Origin: an archaeon
Lineage (GTDB): Archaea; Iainarchaeota; Iainarchaeia; Iainarchaeales; 0-14-0-20-34-12
Direction: 5' to 3'
Assembly (NCBI GenBank): GCA_038046645.1
Contig: JBBSVU010000001.1
Location: 62,848 to 82,257, forward strand
DNA: 19,410 bases
This document shows, in pieces, positions 1 through 9,370 of this stretch (positions are counted from its first letter, which is position 1; every line of letters starts with the position of its first letter). The notes beneath the pieces are model-generated. The model did not search any database and was not told the origin of the DNA. It saw only the letters and a program-made list of their open reading frames with translations. Both the position numbers and the translations under genes were made by a program.

Positions 1-88
1 AAAAAGAAAACAAATAATTGAAAATTAATAATAAAAAAGAAAACAAATAATTGAAAATTAATAATAAAAAAGAAAACAAATAATTGAA
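1..88. repeat. 33-bp AT-rich tandem repeat, ~2.7 copies, cut by the window edge
   Basis: Unit AAAAAGAAAACAAATAATTGAAAATTAATAATA recurs at 1, 34 and 67 (partial) with no spacers. Confidence 0.9.
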
Positions 89-191
89 TTATGATTTAGG
101 AAAAATATACCAAAACAAATAGTTTTAAACTGCAAGAAGCAAGATATTTATAAGAAAACTGTGAATATATCATAAAGAAAAATGTGGAACA

Positions 192-449
192 ATGGGCGAT
201 ATTTGGAATGATTTAAGGACAGTATTGTCATTATTCTATTTAATCTGGGTATATGGCTGGGCAAAGAATCAATTAGGTTCGGCAAAATTGGCAATTTTAT
301 TCGCGGTAATTGTCGTATATCTGACATTCTTCCAGTACCCTGACCTTGTGTGGATTCCGGTAGCATTATTTTTATTGTCATTCTTTGGCAAGCATATCCT
401 TGAGAAATATCCCGAGGAAGCAGAACGAAGGGATTACTTCAGGGAGTAA
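192..449 (+). CDS. Small membrane protein, hypothetical (85 aa)
   Basis: About three hydrophobic segments and a charged C-terminal tail; first gene of a co-oriented membrane-protein cluster. Confidence 0.8.
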   Translation: MGDIWNDLRTVLSLFYLIWVYGWAKNQLGSAKLAILFAVIVVYLTFFQYPDLVWIPVALFLLSFFGKHILEKYPEEAERRDYFRE

Positions 450-550
450 TATCAATATTTCCTAAGTTACAACAAAAAGGAAATAGTAGGGGATTATTTT
501 ATTGGAAAAATTGGCGAAAAATAACTGCAATATCAATCTGGTGAAAATTA

Positions 551-877
551 ATGGATGTATTTAGTTTGTTTTTAACATTGGTAATAATGATGGTTGCATT
601 TAATGCAGGCCAAACCTGGATTGTTTTTGGCACACTTATTTTATCCATTATTTCAACAAGATCATTGCCTGCAATGGTTATCCTAGGCATAGGCACTATT
701 CTATTGTTTGTATCTAAGGACATTATGGGCGATTCATGGCCATTTGCAATCTTTGGGTTAATGATATTGGCTTTCCTGCTTGGGTTGAAAGGAGAAGGCG
801 GGGGCCAACCAGAATATTATTCACCAATGGGTTCTGATTTATTAGGCGGGGGAGGAGGAATGCCTCCTGGCTATTAA
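551..877 (+). CDS. Small membrane protein with Gly/Pro-rich C-terminus (108 aa)
   Basis: GGTGA ribosome site at 540-544; hydrophobic helices; tail GGGGGMPPGY. Confidence 0.8.
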   Translation: MDVFSLFLTLVIMMVAFNAGQTWIVFGTLILSIISTRSLPAMVILGIGTILLFVSKDIMGDSWPFAIFGLMILAFLLGLKGEGGGQPEYYSPMGSDLLGGGGGMPPGY

Positions 878-889
878 TCAAGGATTAAT

Positions 890-1177
890 ATGAAAACTGC
901 AAAACCCATATGGATTCCTTTTGTGACAATTATTGGAGTTATTGCACAAATCTACTTCATAAATAACCTTGCAGTAAACTTCTTTGTTTTTTGGTTCTTA
1001 ATTATATTAAACTTTGGGTTCACAATGACCGCAGCACTTATTTATATAATATTTTTCCCAATATATTTTATTGCATCGTATGGAAGGGTGGCAGACATTA
1101 CTTTCATAGCAATAAACATTATTTTTGGAATCTTTGCAATCGCAAGGGCCATTAAGGGGTTATCAAATGCCAAATGA
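890..1177 (+). CDS. Membrane protein, paralogue of the next gene (95 aa)
   Basis: Almost fully hydrophobic; VNFFVFWFLIILNFGFT matches VNFFTFWFLIIINFGFT in the downstream ORF. Confidence 0.8.
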   Translation: MKTAKPIWIPFVTIIGVIAQIYFINNLAVNFFVFWFLIILNFGFTMTAALIYIIFFPIYFIASYGRVADITFIAINIIFGIFAIARAIKGLSNAK

Positions 1178-1688
1178 TAAAAAACAAAATGCACCAAAAA
1201 CAGTTTTTCCTTGGGTGCCTTTGGTTACGTTTATTGGTGTGCTTTCACTTATTTATTACATTGATAATTTATATGTAAATTTCTTCACATTTTGGTTTTT
1301 GATTATAATAAATTTTGGATTCACTTATACCGGGGCAATTGTTTATGCGATATTTTTCCCGACATATATTTTTGCAGTATGGGCAAAGGTTGGGCAAACA
1401 GCATTTCTTGCTATAAACGGATTCTTTGTTTTGCTGTTTTTAGTGAAATCAGTTAGCGGAATTTTAAAAGCCTTGGGTGCAGGCATTCCAGAAAAGGTTG
1501 AAGCAGCTCATCCTACTCCCCCTTCTGGCAAGATTGTTAAAGAAATGGCTTCAGAAACCGGAAAATTAACTGCTGATTTTCTGTACGACCCTAAAAAAAC
1601 AGGTTTGGTTGACATTCCTTTGAAAAGGAAAGGGCATTCTGCCATTGATCACATGGTTGATAAATTCAGGGAAATCTTCAACCACTAA
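1167..1688 (+). CDS. Membrane protein with soluble C-terminal extension; likely start ATG 1167 (MPNDKK), not 1125
   Basis: Homology to the upstream paralogue begins just after 1167; 11-nt overlap with the upstream gene fits translational coupling. Confidence 0.75.
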   Translation: MPNDKKQNAPKTVFPWVPLVTFIGVLSLIYYIDNLYVNFFTFWFLIIINFGFTYTGAIVYAIFFPTYIFAVWAKVGQTAFLAINGFFVLLFLVKSVSGILKALGAGIPEKVEAAHPTPPSGKIVKEMASETGKLTADFLYDPKKTGLVDIPLKRKGHSAIDHMVDKFREIFNH

Positions 1689-1706
1689 CACAAGGTTGGT
1701 GAAATA

Positions 1707-1829
1707 ATGCTTAAGGAAGATGAAGTTAGGCTTGTAAATAAAGGTGTAAGTTTTGAGATGCAGCAAATAACTGAAGGAAAATTAAAAACAAAAAGTTTGG
1801 ATGAGATAAGGAAGAAATTTGCCAAGTAA
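1707..1829 (+). CDS. Unannotated 40-aa protein MLKEDEVRLVNKGVSFEMQQITEGKLKTKSLDEIRKKFAK
   Basis: GGTGA at 1698-1702 before the ATG; fills the gap up to the convergent gene; below the ORF-track size cutoff. Confidence 0.55.
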   Translation: MLKEDEVRLVNKGVSFEMQQITEGKLKTKSLDEIRKKFAK

Positions 1830-1839
1830 GCGATTTTCA

Positions 1840-2376
1840 TTACAATTTTGTAAGAATCTGCCTGTTGACATCTAGGATTTTTTCCATCAGGGTTTTTGTT
1901 GCTGATGCCAAAGCTTTGGTTTCTGCCACTTCCTTTTTCAAATCATCCAAAGATGACTTGAATTGCAATAAATCTACTGAATTCTGGGTTGATAAAGGCT
2001 GGGAAGACAGGGCTGAAATCTTTGATTCAATGCTTTCTAATTTGTCAGCATGGTCTTCTAAGGCAGCCTGCGTATTTTGTGCAAGCATGGCATGTTCTTC
2101 CCCTGCTAAAATTAAATGCTCCTTTATTTTTGAAGCTGTTTTTTCTGCTATTGCCTCATGCACACTCTCTGGCTCTTCCTCTGCGATTTCAAGTGTTTCC
2201 AATTCAGGTTCCTTTGGCTTTTCCTGGATAATATTTCCCGAAGATTTTGCAAGATAATTTGCTGCCTCTTCTTTTGAAATGCCAACATCGGTCAATGTGT
2301 TTACTATTAAATCGTCAGAAAGGCCTGCCTGTTTCATTCTCTGAATAGTGTCAAAAATAATCTTTTCGCTTACCAT
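1840..2376 (-). CDS. Hypothetical protein: N-terminal helical domain, acidic linker, C-terminal coiled coil
   Basis: 178-aa ATG ORF with heptad-like C-terminus; TATA-like TTTATAAA near 2398-2405. Confidence 0.8.
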   Translation of the reverse strand: MVSEKIIFDTIQRMKQAGLSDDLIVNTLTDVGISKEEAANYLAKSSGNIIQEKPKEPELETLEIAEEEPESVHEAIAEKTASKIKEHLILAGEEHAMLAQNTQAALEDHADKLESIESKISALSSQPLSTQNSVDLLQFKSSLDDLKKEVAETKALASATKTLMEKILDVNRQILTKL

Positions 2377-2455
2377 GCCATCAACACAAAAAACAAACTT
2401 ATAAATATACGATTTAACTATTTAAAATAGTTATCAATTAATATATAGGAGAATT

Positions 2456-3943
2456 ATGGGCATAAAAATAGCTTCAGGTCCTTGGGACATGATATTTAGC
2501 GGAAAATATCAGGGGCATGATATTGAAATATACTCTAACCCAAGGGAAACCTTGCTTTCAGTTATTTACGAAGAAGAGGCAGGAAAAAGGATTGGCGCTA
2601 TCCTTGAATTATTCAGGACATATTATGTGCAGGGCAATGTTGAAGGATTTATAGATACCTTTCCAAAGAAGATGCTTGGAATTGACATAAGGGCTGATAA
2701 TAAAAGCTCAAAATTCATTTTTGTAGGATCTGACATAGCATATTCATCAATGGATTCTGAGGATATGGGGAAAAAAGGAAATGAGATAATCAAAAGGCTT
2801 GATGAATTGTGCGATGCAATGAGAACTTTTTCAAAAGCGTATGATGTTGAACTGCTTGAATTAAAGGAATGCACTGATGAAGCAAAGCAGACATTCTATT
2901 CCAATCCTCTGGTAAATCTGCTTATCCTTCCTGTGGTTTCTGAAAAGCCTAAATGGCAGCAGAAAACCGAAAGCCAGGAATATGGGGAAATAGTCCTTGG
3001 CTTGACAAAAGAAGGAAATTTGGTAAAAGAGCCATTAAGTTTATTTAACAGAACACTTATCGAGGGAATTGATAAAAAACAAAGGCAGTTTGCAACAAGG
3101 GTCATAGTAGAATCTTCATTGTTGTCAAGAGTGCCAGTCATCATATTTTCTTTTGAGGATGAATTTTCTGGCTTAAATTATCCCAGCTTTGAGGCTAAAT
3201 CAATAAAGGAATATAAACTTGACTTTGAGGCAATGGGTTTTCCGTTAAAAGAGATTACTGCAAATTCTGACATTAAAGCAGAGGCATCAAAGCTAAATGG
3301 TGAGGCCACAGCTGAATTATTGGGATTAGGGGAGAATGCAATAAGCAAAGCAATTGCTTCATTGATAGAAACTTCAAACTGCGCAAGTGTAAAACAGATG
3401 ATAAATTTTGCAAAAAGGGACCTTGACAAGCTCGGGCAGTATGATAAAAATAAAGTAATCAGGATTTTATCATTATTTGATTTACGGTATCCTGAATTTT
3501 TTGATAAAGTTGTGGATATATCTGAATTAGTAAAGATAAGCGGGAAGATTGCAAAAGCGAATATATTAAAATGCAAAGATTTGGGAAAACGGGAAACATT
3601 GTTATTCATAAATTCAACGCTTTCTGCCCTAACTGAATATTATAATGAAGGCAAAATGCAAAACCTGAATGCGATGATTGTGATTCCAAATGCAGAAAAT
3701 ATAATCCCTGCAAATGTAGACAGCAAGATGATAAAAACAATAAAGGAGCAGATTTTAATGCTTGAGAATAAAGGGGTTTTATTGCTGCTAGAAACAGATT
3801 CTGCATCAAACCTTGATGTTGATTTGGCAGAGTCTATGAATGCAAAAATAACAATGGTCAGCGGAAATGATGCAGGCATACAAATAAGGGGGAGAAGGAA
3901 TTACAGGGTAAAGATAAGGCCGCCATTAAGCAGGACTGAATAA
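2456..3943 (+). CDS. HerA/FtsK/VirB4-like P-loop ATPase fold protein with degenerate Walker motifs
   Basis: IVLG...RTLIEG...RVIVESSLLSRVPVIIFSFEDEFSGL follows the HerA/DUF87 pattern, but GxxGxGKS is replaced by GIDKKQRQ and the Walker B region reads MIVIPNAE. Confidence 0.65.
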   Translation: MGIKIASGPWDMIFSGKYQGHDIEIYSNPRETLLSVIYEEEAGKRIGAILELFRTYYVQGNVEGFIDTFPKKMLGIDIRADNKSSKFIFVGSDIAYSSMDSEDMGKKGNEIIKRLDELCDAMRTFSKAYDVELLELKECTDEAKQTFYSNPLVNLLILPVVSEKPKWQQKTESQEYGEIVLGLTKEGNLVKEPLSLFNRTLIEGIDKKQRQFATRVIVESSLLSRVPVIIFSFEDEFSGLNYPSFEAKSIKEYKLDFEAMGFPLKEITANSDIKAEASKLNGEATAELLGLGENAISKAIASLIETSNCASVKQMINFAKRDLDKLGQYDKNKVIRILSLFDLRYPEFFDKVVDISELVKISGKIAKANILKCKDLGKRETLLFINSTLSALTEYYNEGKMQNLNAMIVIPNAENIIPANVDSKMIKTIKEQILMLENKGVLLLLETDSASNLDVDLAESMNAKITMVSGNDAGIQIRGRRNYRVKIRPPLSRTE

Positions 3944-3999
3944 AAGTAAAAAATGTTTAGATTTTTCGGGTTATTAAATTCTAAAATATTTTATTTTTT

Positions 4000-4482
4000 T
4001 CATTTTCTTGTGCTTGGTTTCTTTGGCTGGATTTCCGCAATTCTGTCATCAATCATCTGCTTAACCTGATCAATTGTTACATAAGAAAGAGGATTTATTG
4101 CGTCTATCACATACTTTAATTCTTTCAATTGATCTTCAGTCACCATGGAATTCTTTAAAGAAGCTAATTCTGATGTAAGCATGCCGGTTTTTTCTGTCAA
4201 CCCCAACATGCTTGCTTCCAAATCAGACAGCCTTTTTGCCAGATCGGCAGGAATCTCGCCTTTTGAACCACTGCTTTCCCCGCCTTTAACCTTTTTGTAA
4301 AGAACTACTAAATTTCTTCCCAAAATTTTCTCATTCCTGATTAAATGCCTCATTTTTTGGGAAATAAGCATTACTGACGAATTTAATGAACGTACATCAT
4401 TCGCTAATTCAAACAGCATTGCTTTGGGATCCTGTTTTACAGGCTTCCTCTGCACTGCTTGCTGTGGTTGTGGTCTTGGCAT
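4000..4482 (-). CDS. Hypothetical coiled-coil protein (160 aa)
   Basis: ATG ORF divergent from polB, with helical heptads and a shared TATA at 4506-4513. Confidence 0.75.
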   Translation of the reverse strand: MPRPQPQQAVQRKPVKQDPKAMLFELANDVRSLNSSVMLISQKMRHLIRNEKILGRNLVVLYKKVKGGESSGSKGEIPADLAKRLSDLEASMLGLTEKTGMLTSELASLKNSMVTEDQLKELKYVIDAINPLSYVTIDQVKQMIDDRIAEIQPKKPSTRK

Positions 4483-4505
4483 GTTAGAAATAAAGACAAT
4501 TCTGT

Positions 4506-4513
4506 TTTATAAA
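4506..4513. promoter_or_regulatory. Bidirectional TATA box (TTTATAAA) for polB and the divergent ORF
   Basis: Palindromic TATA about 20-30 nt from ATG 4482 (minus) and ATG 4532/4541 (plus); leaderless archaeal geometry. Confidence 0.55.
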
Positions 4514-4531
4514 CTTTCTTGCATTGGAAAT

Positions 4532-6961
4532 ATGGATAATATGCCTAAAATAACCGGTTTTTTATTAGATGCTGACTATGTTGATGAAAACAACCTTTCG
4601 GTAATAAGGCTTTTCATAAAAACAGAAAATAGGCACGAGATATTAAGGGATAATTCATTTAAGCCTTATTTTTATGCAATAGTTGAAAATCCGGAAAAAG
4701 ACAGCTTAAGGATAGCAGAAGATTTGAAGGGCATATTAAGTAAGTATGAAATTGTTGAGAAAAAATTAGTTATAAATGAAAATCCGAAAAAAGTGCTCAA
4801 ATTGATTTTTGATTCAACAAGGATGCTTGTTGAAGCAAGGGCAAGATGCAAGGAATTAAGCTATGTGATTGAAAGAAGGGAATACAAATTGCCATTCGCC
4901 CGCAGGTATCTAATTGATAAAAAATTGACATATTTTGATTATCTAGAAATTTCAGTTAATGAAAAAAACATTATTGGAAATATTGTAAAATTGGATGATA
5001 AACCAGTTAAATTGAACATTGGTGTGTTTGATTTGGAAACCTTGTCCCCAGAAAGATTTTCCAATCCCCAGTTAGACCCAATCTTGATGGCTTCTTTTGG
5101 TACAGAAACCTGGACAAAGGTAATTTGTGAAAAACTGATTGATAAGGATTATGCAATAAAAGTGAAGGATGAAAAAGAACTAATTGAAAAAATTGTTTCA
5201 ATGGTAAAGGAAAATGATTTGGATATTCTTGGCACATATAACGGCGATTCATTTGATATTCCTTACATAAAAACACGGGCCGAAAAATTAAAAACAAGGG
5301 TAAAGATAGGATTAGATGGTTCTGAACCAATGATAAAAAGAAAAGGCATGGGTAATGCTGTCCTGATTAAGGGATTGCAGCATGTTGATGCCTATTTAAT
5401 TGTAAGGATTCTTGCAAGATTAGGTGTTGTAAATTTAATTAAGTTTGATTTGGAATCAGTTAGCGAAGCTATTTTTGGCGAATGGAAGGAAAAGATAAAG
5501 GCAGAGGAAATAAACCAGATTTGGAATTCAAATAAAGACCTTGAACGCTTGGCAAATTACAACAAGGAAGATTCAGAGGTTACATTTAAATTAATTAAAA
5601 ATTATCTGCCGATATTTGTTGAACTTTCCAAACTTGTAAAACAAAATCTTTATGATACTACAAGGGCTGCTTCCTCAACACTTGTAGAGAACCTCCTTGT
5701 TTTGGAAAGTATAAAGCAAGGGGTATTAATCCCAAATGACCCTGAAGAAAGCATCATTAATCAAAGGATGCTGCAGACCTATGTTGGCGGTTTTGTAAAA
5801 GAACCCGAATCCGGGTTGCATGAAAATATTGCTGTTTTGGATTTTTCATCATTGCACCCGACAATAATGATTTCGCATAACATAAGCCCTGATACTCTTG
5901 ATTGCGAGCATGAGGAATGCAAAAAAAATATCGCCCCGAACAATCATTATTTTTGCACAAAAAAACCAGGATTTTTATCAAACACACTGAAGGAATTGTT
6001 TGATAAGAGAATCAAGCTGAAAGAAATAGTCAAAAAAATGGATAAAGAAAGCCTAGAATATAAAGTATTGAACGCGCAGCAGACCTCTTTGAAAATAATT
6101 TTGAATGCCACTTATGGTTCATTAGGGTATGCACGCTTTAAATGGTACTCAAGGGAATGTGCAAGTGCTGTTACTGGATTAAGCAGGCAGTATGCTCAAA
6201 TGGTTGGCGAGGAAGCAGAAAAATCAGGGTTTAAGTGGATATATGGAGACACAGACTCTGCCTTCCTAGAAATTCCAAAAAATAGGACAAAGGATGATGT
6301 AGTTAAATTTGTTGATGGGATAAATAACAAACTGCCAGGAGTCATGAATCTCGAGCTTGAAGGATTCTATAAAAGAGGAATATTTGTCACAAAGAAAGGG
6401 AATGATGAAGCAGCAAAGAAAAAATACGCATTAATGGACGAGAAAGGAAGGCTGAAGATTGTCGGCTTTGAATATGTAAGAAGGGATTGGGCGCGCATTG
6501 CAAAGGATACGCAAAGAAAAGTGATTGAAGCAGTTTTGAAAGAAGGGGATTCTGCAAAAGCCATTGGCATAGTAAAAGATACGCTTGAATATTTGAAATC
6601 TGGAAAGGCAAAAAAAGAGGAATTGGTAATTTACACACAAATAAAGAGAAAGTTGAAGGATTATGAAAGCATTGGGCCGCATGTTGCTGCTGCAAAAAAA
6701 GCAATCCAAAAAGGAAAAGAAATTGAGATAGGTTCTGTGATAGAATATATTGTAACAAAGAATGGGAAAAGCATCAGCGACAGGGCTGAATTGGCTGAAT
6801 TTGTGAAAGAAGGCAATTATGATGCTGATTATTACATTTCACATCAAGTGCTTCCGGCAGTCATTAAAATAATGCAGGAATTGGGGCATAGCGAGGAAGA
6901 CTTAAAACACGGAGGTAAGCAGAAAACCCTTCAGGCATTTTTTGGGCAGGATGTCAAATAA
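4532..6961 (+). CDS. polB: Family B DNA polymerase (PolB3-like); real start 4532 or 4541, not 4424
   Basis: ExoI FDLET, ExoII YNGDSFD, ExoIII YNKED, motif A DFSSLHP, motif B KIILNATYG, motif C YGDTDS, C-terminal PIP box QKTLQAFF; no intein. Confidence 0.97.
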   Translation: MDNMPKITGFLLDADYVDENNLSVIRLFIKTENRHEILRDNSFKPYFYAIVENPEKDSLRIAEDLKGILSKYEIVEKKLVINENPKKVLKLIFDSTRMLVEARARCKELSYVIERREYKLPFARRYLIDKKLTYFDYLEISVNEKNIIGNIVKLDDKPVKLNIGVFDLETLSPERFSNPQLDPILMASFGTETWTKVICEKLIDKDYAIKVKDEKELIEKIVSMVKENDLDILGTYNGDSFDIPYIKTRAEKLKTRVKIGLDGSEPMIKRKGMGNAVLIKGLQHVDAYLIVRILARLGVVNLIKFDLESVSEAIFGEWKEKIKAEEINQIWNSNKDLERLANYNKEDSEVTFKLIKNYLPIFVELSKLVKQNLYDTTRAASSTLVENLLVLESIKQGVLIPNDPEESIINQRMLQTYVGGFVKEPESGLHENIAVLDFSSLHPTIMISHNISPDTLDCEHEECKKNIAPNNHYFCTKKPGFLSNTLKELFDKRIKLKEIVKKMDKESLEYKVLNAQQTSLKIILNATYGSLGYARFKWYSRECASAVTGLSRQYAQMVGEEAEKSGFKWIYGDTDSAFLEIPKNRTKDDVVKFVDGINNKLPGVMNLELEGFYKRGIFVTKKGNDEAAKKKYALMDEKGRLKIVGFEYVRRDWARIAKDTQRKVIEAVLKEGDSAKAIGIVKDTLEYLKSGKAKKEELVIYTQIKRKLKDYESIGPHVAAAKKAIQKGKEIEIGSVIEYIVTKNGKSISDRAELAEFVKEGNYDADYYISHQVLPAVIKIMQELGHSEEDLKHGGKQKTLQAFFGQDVK

Positions 6962-7093
6962 GTATTACTAAATTAATAACTCAAAGATTGAAATTATATA
7001 TTAATAGAAGTTTAACACCTTTGGCGCATAAACTCAGAAATAAAACCCTTTGGGGCAGTTAATCTATATTAACATTAATGAAATGGTGATTTT

Positions 7094-8002
7094 TTGGATT
7101 CAGACATTGTGAAGAAATACCTAAAGGCCGGGGAAATTTTAAAAGAAACACAGGAAGAAGCAAGAAAGATAATTAAAAGCGAAGCAAAATTGTTGGAAAT
7201 AGCTGAAAGCATAGAAAAATTCATTGAGAAAAAAGGCGGGAAGCCAGCTTTTCCAGTAAATCTTTCATTTAACAATGAAGCAGCGCACCGCACAGCTGAC
7301 ATAAATGATGAATTAACAATAAAAAAAGAGGATGTTTTGAAGGTAGATATTGGGGTGCAAGTTGACGGATATATAGCTGATTCTGCATTTACAGTAAACC
7401 TTTCAGGCGAATGGAAAAAAATGATTAAAGTAAATGAAACTGCTTTGAATGAAGCACTAAAACTTGTGCAGGAAAATGGCGCTGGTTTAGAAATAAAAAA
7501 AATTGGCGAAATAATTGAAAAAACAATTAAAGAGGCGGGATTTAAACCTGTGCAAAATCTTACAGGGCATGGATTGGAAAAATATATGCAGCATGCTCCG
7601 CCAAGCATCCCAAACATAGCAACGAATGATTCAAAAAGATTTGAAGATAACAAGGTTTATGCAATTGAGCCTTTTGTGACAAATGGCTCTGGCTTTGTAA
7701 AAGAAGGGTCTGCCTGCCAGATCTTCATGGCAGATGAAGTAAAGCCAACAAGGGACAGAAATGCACGCAAGATAATGGAATTAATTTTAAAAGAATATGA
7801 AACCTTGCCATTTGCCGAGCGCTGGATTTCAGATAAAATAAAAATGAGTGAATTTGAAAGAAAAATTGCTTTTAGGGAATTGATGCAAAAAAAATGCATC
7901 AGGTCTTATCCAATACTAAAAGATGAGAATGGCTGCATTGTTACGCAGGCAGAAAATTCCTTTTTAATAAATGACGGAAAAGTAATCTTGCTTGTAAAAT
8001 AG
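7094..8002 (+). CDS. map: Methionine aminopeptidase type II (TTG start)
   Basis: AFPVNLS, AAH, DIGVQVDGYIAD, GHGL, AIEPF, type II insert LPFAERW; GGTGAT at 7085-7090. Confidence 0.95.
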   Translation: MDSDIVKKYLKAGEILKETQEEARKIIKSEAKLLEIAESIEKFIEKKGGKPAFPVNLSFNNEAAHRTADINDELTIKKEDVLKVDIGVQVDGYIADSAFTVNLSGEWKKMIKVNETALNEALKLVQENGAGLEIKKIGEIIEKTIKEAGFKPVQNLTGHGLEKYMQHAPPSIPNIATNDSKRFEDNKVYAIEPFVTNGSGFVKEGSACQIFMADEVKPTRDRNARKIMELILKEYETLPFAERWISDKIKMSEFERKIAFRELMQKKCIRSYPILKDENGCIVTQAENSFLINDGKVILLVK

Positions 8003-8041
8003 ATTAATAATTTGTCTTATTTCAATAGTTATATAATCAAA

Positions 8042-8059
8042 GCCCTCATAGTATAATGG
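8042..8059 (+). pseudogene. 5' remnant of a tRNA gene (acceptor strand plus part of the D arm)
   Basis: GCCCTCA TA GTAT AATGG fits tRNA positions 1-19 (U8, A9, G10, A14, G18G19); GCCCTCA pairs with TGGGGGC at 9382-9388. Confidence 0.5.
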
Positions 8060-8099
8060 GTGGAAATGAATATAATAGGTTACTACTAATTAACTCATA

Positions 8100-9296
8100 A
8101 TGACTAGAATATCCTTAGATAAAAAAAATAGAGAGAAGCTATTCAAATTACTAAAAAAACAATATGGCACTCTATCATACTTCAAATTAGCTAAAAAGAT
8201 AGGGGTGCCTTACAAAAGCTTACAAAACTGGATCTATGGGGAACGCCTAATCCCTACAGGAATAATCCCAAACAAGTTACTAAATAAAATAAAAATTGAG
8301 CAGATAAGGGAAAATAATTGGGGGCAAATAAAGGGGGGGCTTATTGGAGGCAAAATTGCCATTAAAAAACTTTTAAGCAAATATTCTAAAAAAGAGTTAA
8401 TTAAATGGAGAAAAAATATTGGCAAGAAAGGTGCAGCAAAAGCAAATAAAACACTTAAAAAATTAAAACATAAAAACCCCGATTATTTTTATATACTGCT
8501 AAGAAAAAAGAAATTTGCAAAAAATTTTCAAAAATTGAGTAAAAAGAAATTGCAAAAAAAGGAGATAATGCTAGACACCAAAAGCATACCTTACAGCCCT
8601 ATTGATATTAAAAAAGAGATTAGATTGCCCACTAAATTAACTCCTGAATTGGCAGAGATTATTGGGGCACATACTGGAGATGGGACACTTTCAACAAAAA
8701 GATATTATTTTTCAATAAGAACTAGCATATTTGAAGAGGAATATTTCACAAAACACGTTTTTCCCCTATATAAACGAACGTTTAACATTAATTTAAAATT
8801 ACTAAAAAGACCACCTATCTGCGGTTTTGAAACAAGTTCAAAAGCAATACATTATTTTAAAAATCAGATATTTGGTCTGCCCATAGGCACCAAAACGCAC
8901 AAAATAGGAGTATCTCCATTAATCTCAGAAAGTAATGATAAAAAAATAATGGGTGCTTTTTTGAGAGGAGTGTTTGACACAGATGGTTGTGTTTATTTCT
9001 CCAAACATCAAACATATCCAGTATTAAGCATTACTGTCAAATCAAAAAAAGCTATAAAAGGGATGGGATTGCTACTTAAAAAACTAGGATATGATCCACA
9101 TATAAACCTTAAGAGTTATACTGTTTATTTAAATGGGGTACTGAAATTCAAGAAATGGCTTGATGAAATTGGAACAAAAAACCCAAAACATCAAAAAAGA
9201 ATAAATAAAATAAAGGAAAAACTTCCTTGGGCGGAGATCGAAAAAACCTTAAATGAAATTTCAAATATTCAAGCAACCGATGGTTCCGTGGTGTAA
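8100..9296 (+). CDS. Free-standing double-motif LAGLIDADG (DOD/intein-type) endonuclease with N-terminal HTH; stop codon inside tRNA-Arg
   Basis: Motifs ELAEIIGAHTGDG and AFLRGVFDTDG; HTH-like YFKLAKKIGVPYKSLQNWIYG; no intein splicing termini. Confidence 0.9.
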   Translation: MTRISLDKKNREKLFKLLKKQYGTLSYFKLAKKIGVPYKSLQNWIYGERLIPTGIIPNKLLNKIKIEQIRENNWGQIKGGLIGGKIAIKKLLSKYSKKELIKWRKNIGKKGAAKANKTLKKLKHKNPDYFYILLRKKKFAKNFQKLSKKKLQKKEIMLDTKSIPYSPIDIKKEIRLPTKLTPELAEIIGAHTGDGTLSTKRYYFSIRTSIFEEEYFTKHVFPLYKRTFNINLKLLKRPPICGFETSSKAIHYFKNQIFGLPIGTKTHKIGVSPLISESNDKKIMGAFLRGVFDTDGCVYFSKHQTYPVLSITVKSKKAIKGMGLLLKKLGYDPHINLKSYTVYLNGVLKFKKWLDEIGTKNPKHQKRINKIKEKLPWAEIEKTLNEISNIQATDGSVV

Positions 9297-9353
9297 TGGA
9301 AAACATAGTGGCCTGCGGAGCTACTGACTCGGGTTCGAATCCCGACGGAACCA
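9282..9353 (+). tRNA. tRNA-Arg(GCG)
   Basis: GGTTCCG/CGGAACC acceptor, GTGGC-CTGCGGA-GCTAC anticodon arm, TCGGG-TTCGAAT-CCCGA T arm. Confidence 0.96.
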
Positions 9354-9370
9354 ATATGTAATTAAGTAAG

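Noticed and set aside
1..88. CRISPR array
   Set aside because: The 33-bp units are contiguous with no spacers; it is a plain tandem repeat.
4424..4531. Cys-rich N-terminal extension of PolB
   Set aside because: It is the antisense of the divergent gene plus the promoter; PolB similarity starts near 4541.
7015..7057. Imperfect repeat ACACCTTTGGCGCA / AACCCTTTGGGGCA between polB and map
   Set aside because: Two short imperfect copies; cannot be told from chance.
8100..9296. Intein or intron-encoded endonuclease
   Set aside because: No Cys/Ser start, His-Asn end or host extein; no rRNA host. The flanking tRNA fragments lack the anticodon arm, so splicing would not restore a tRNA.
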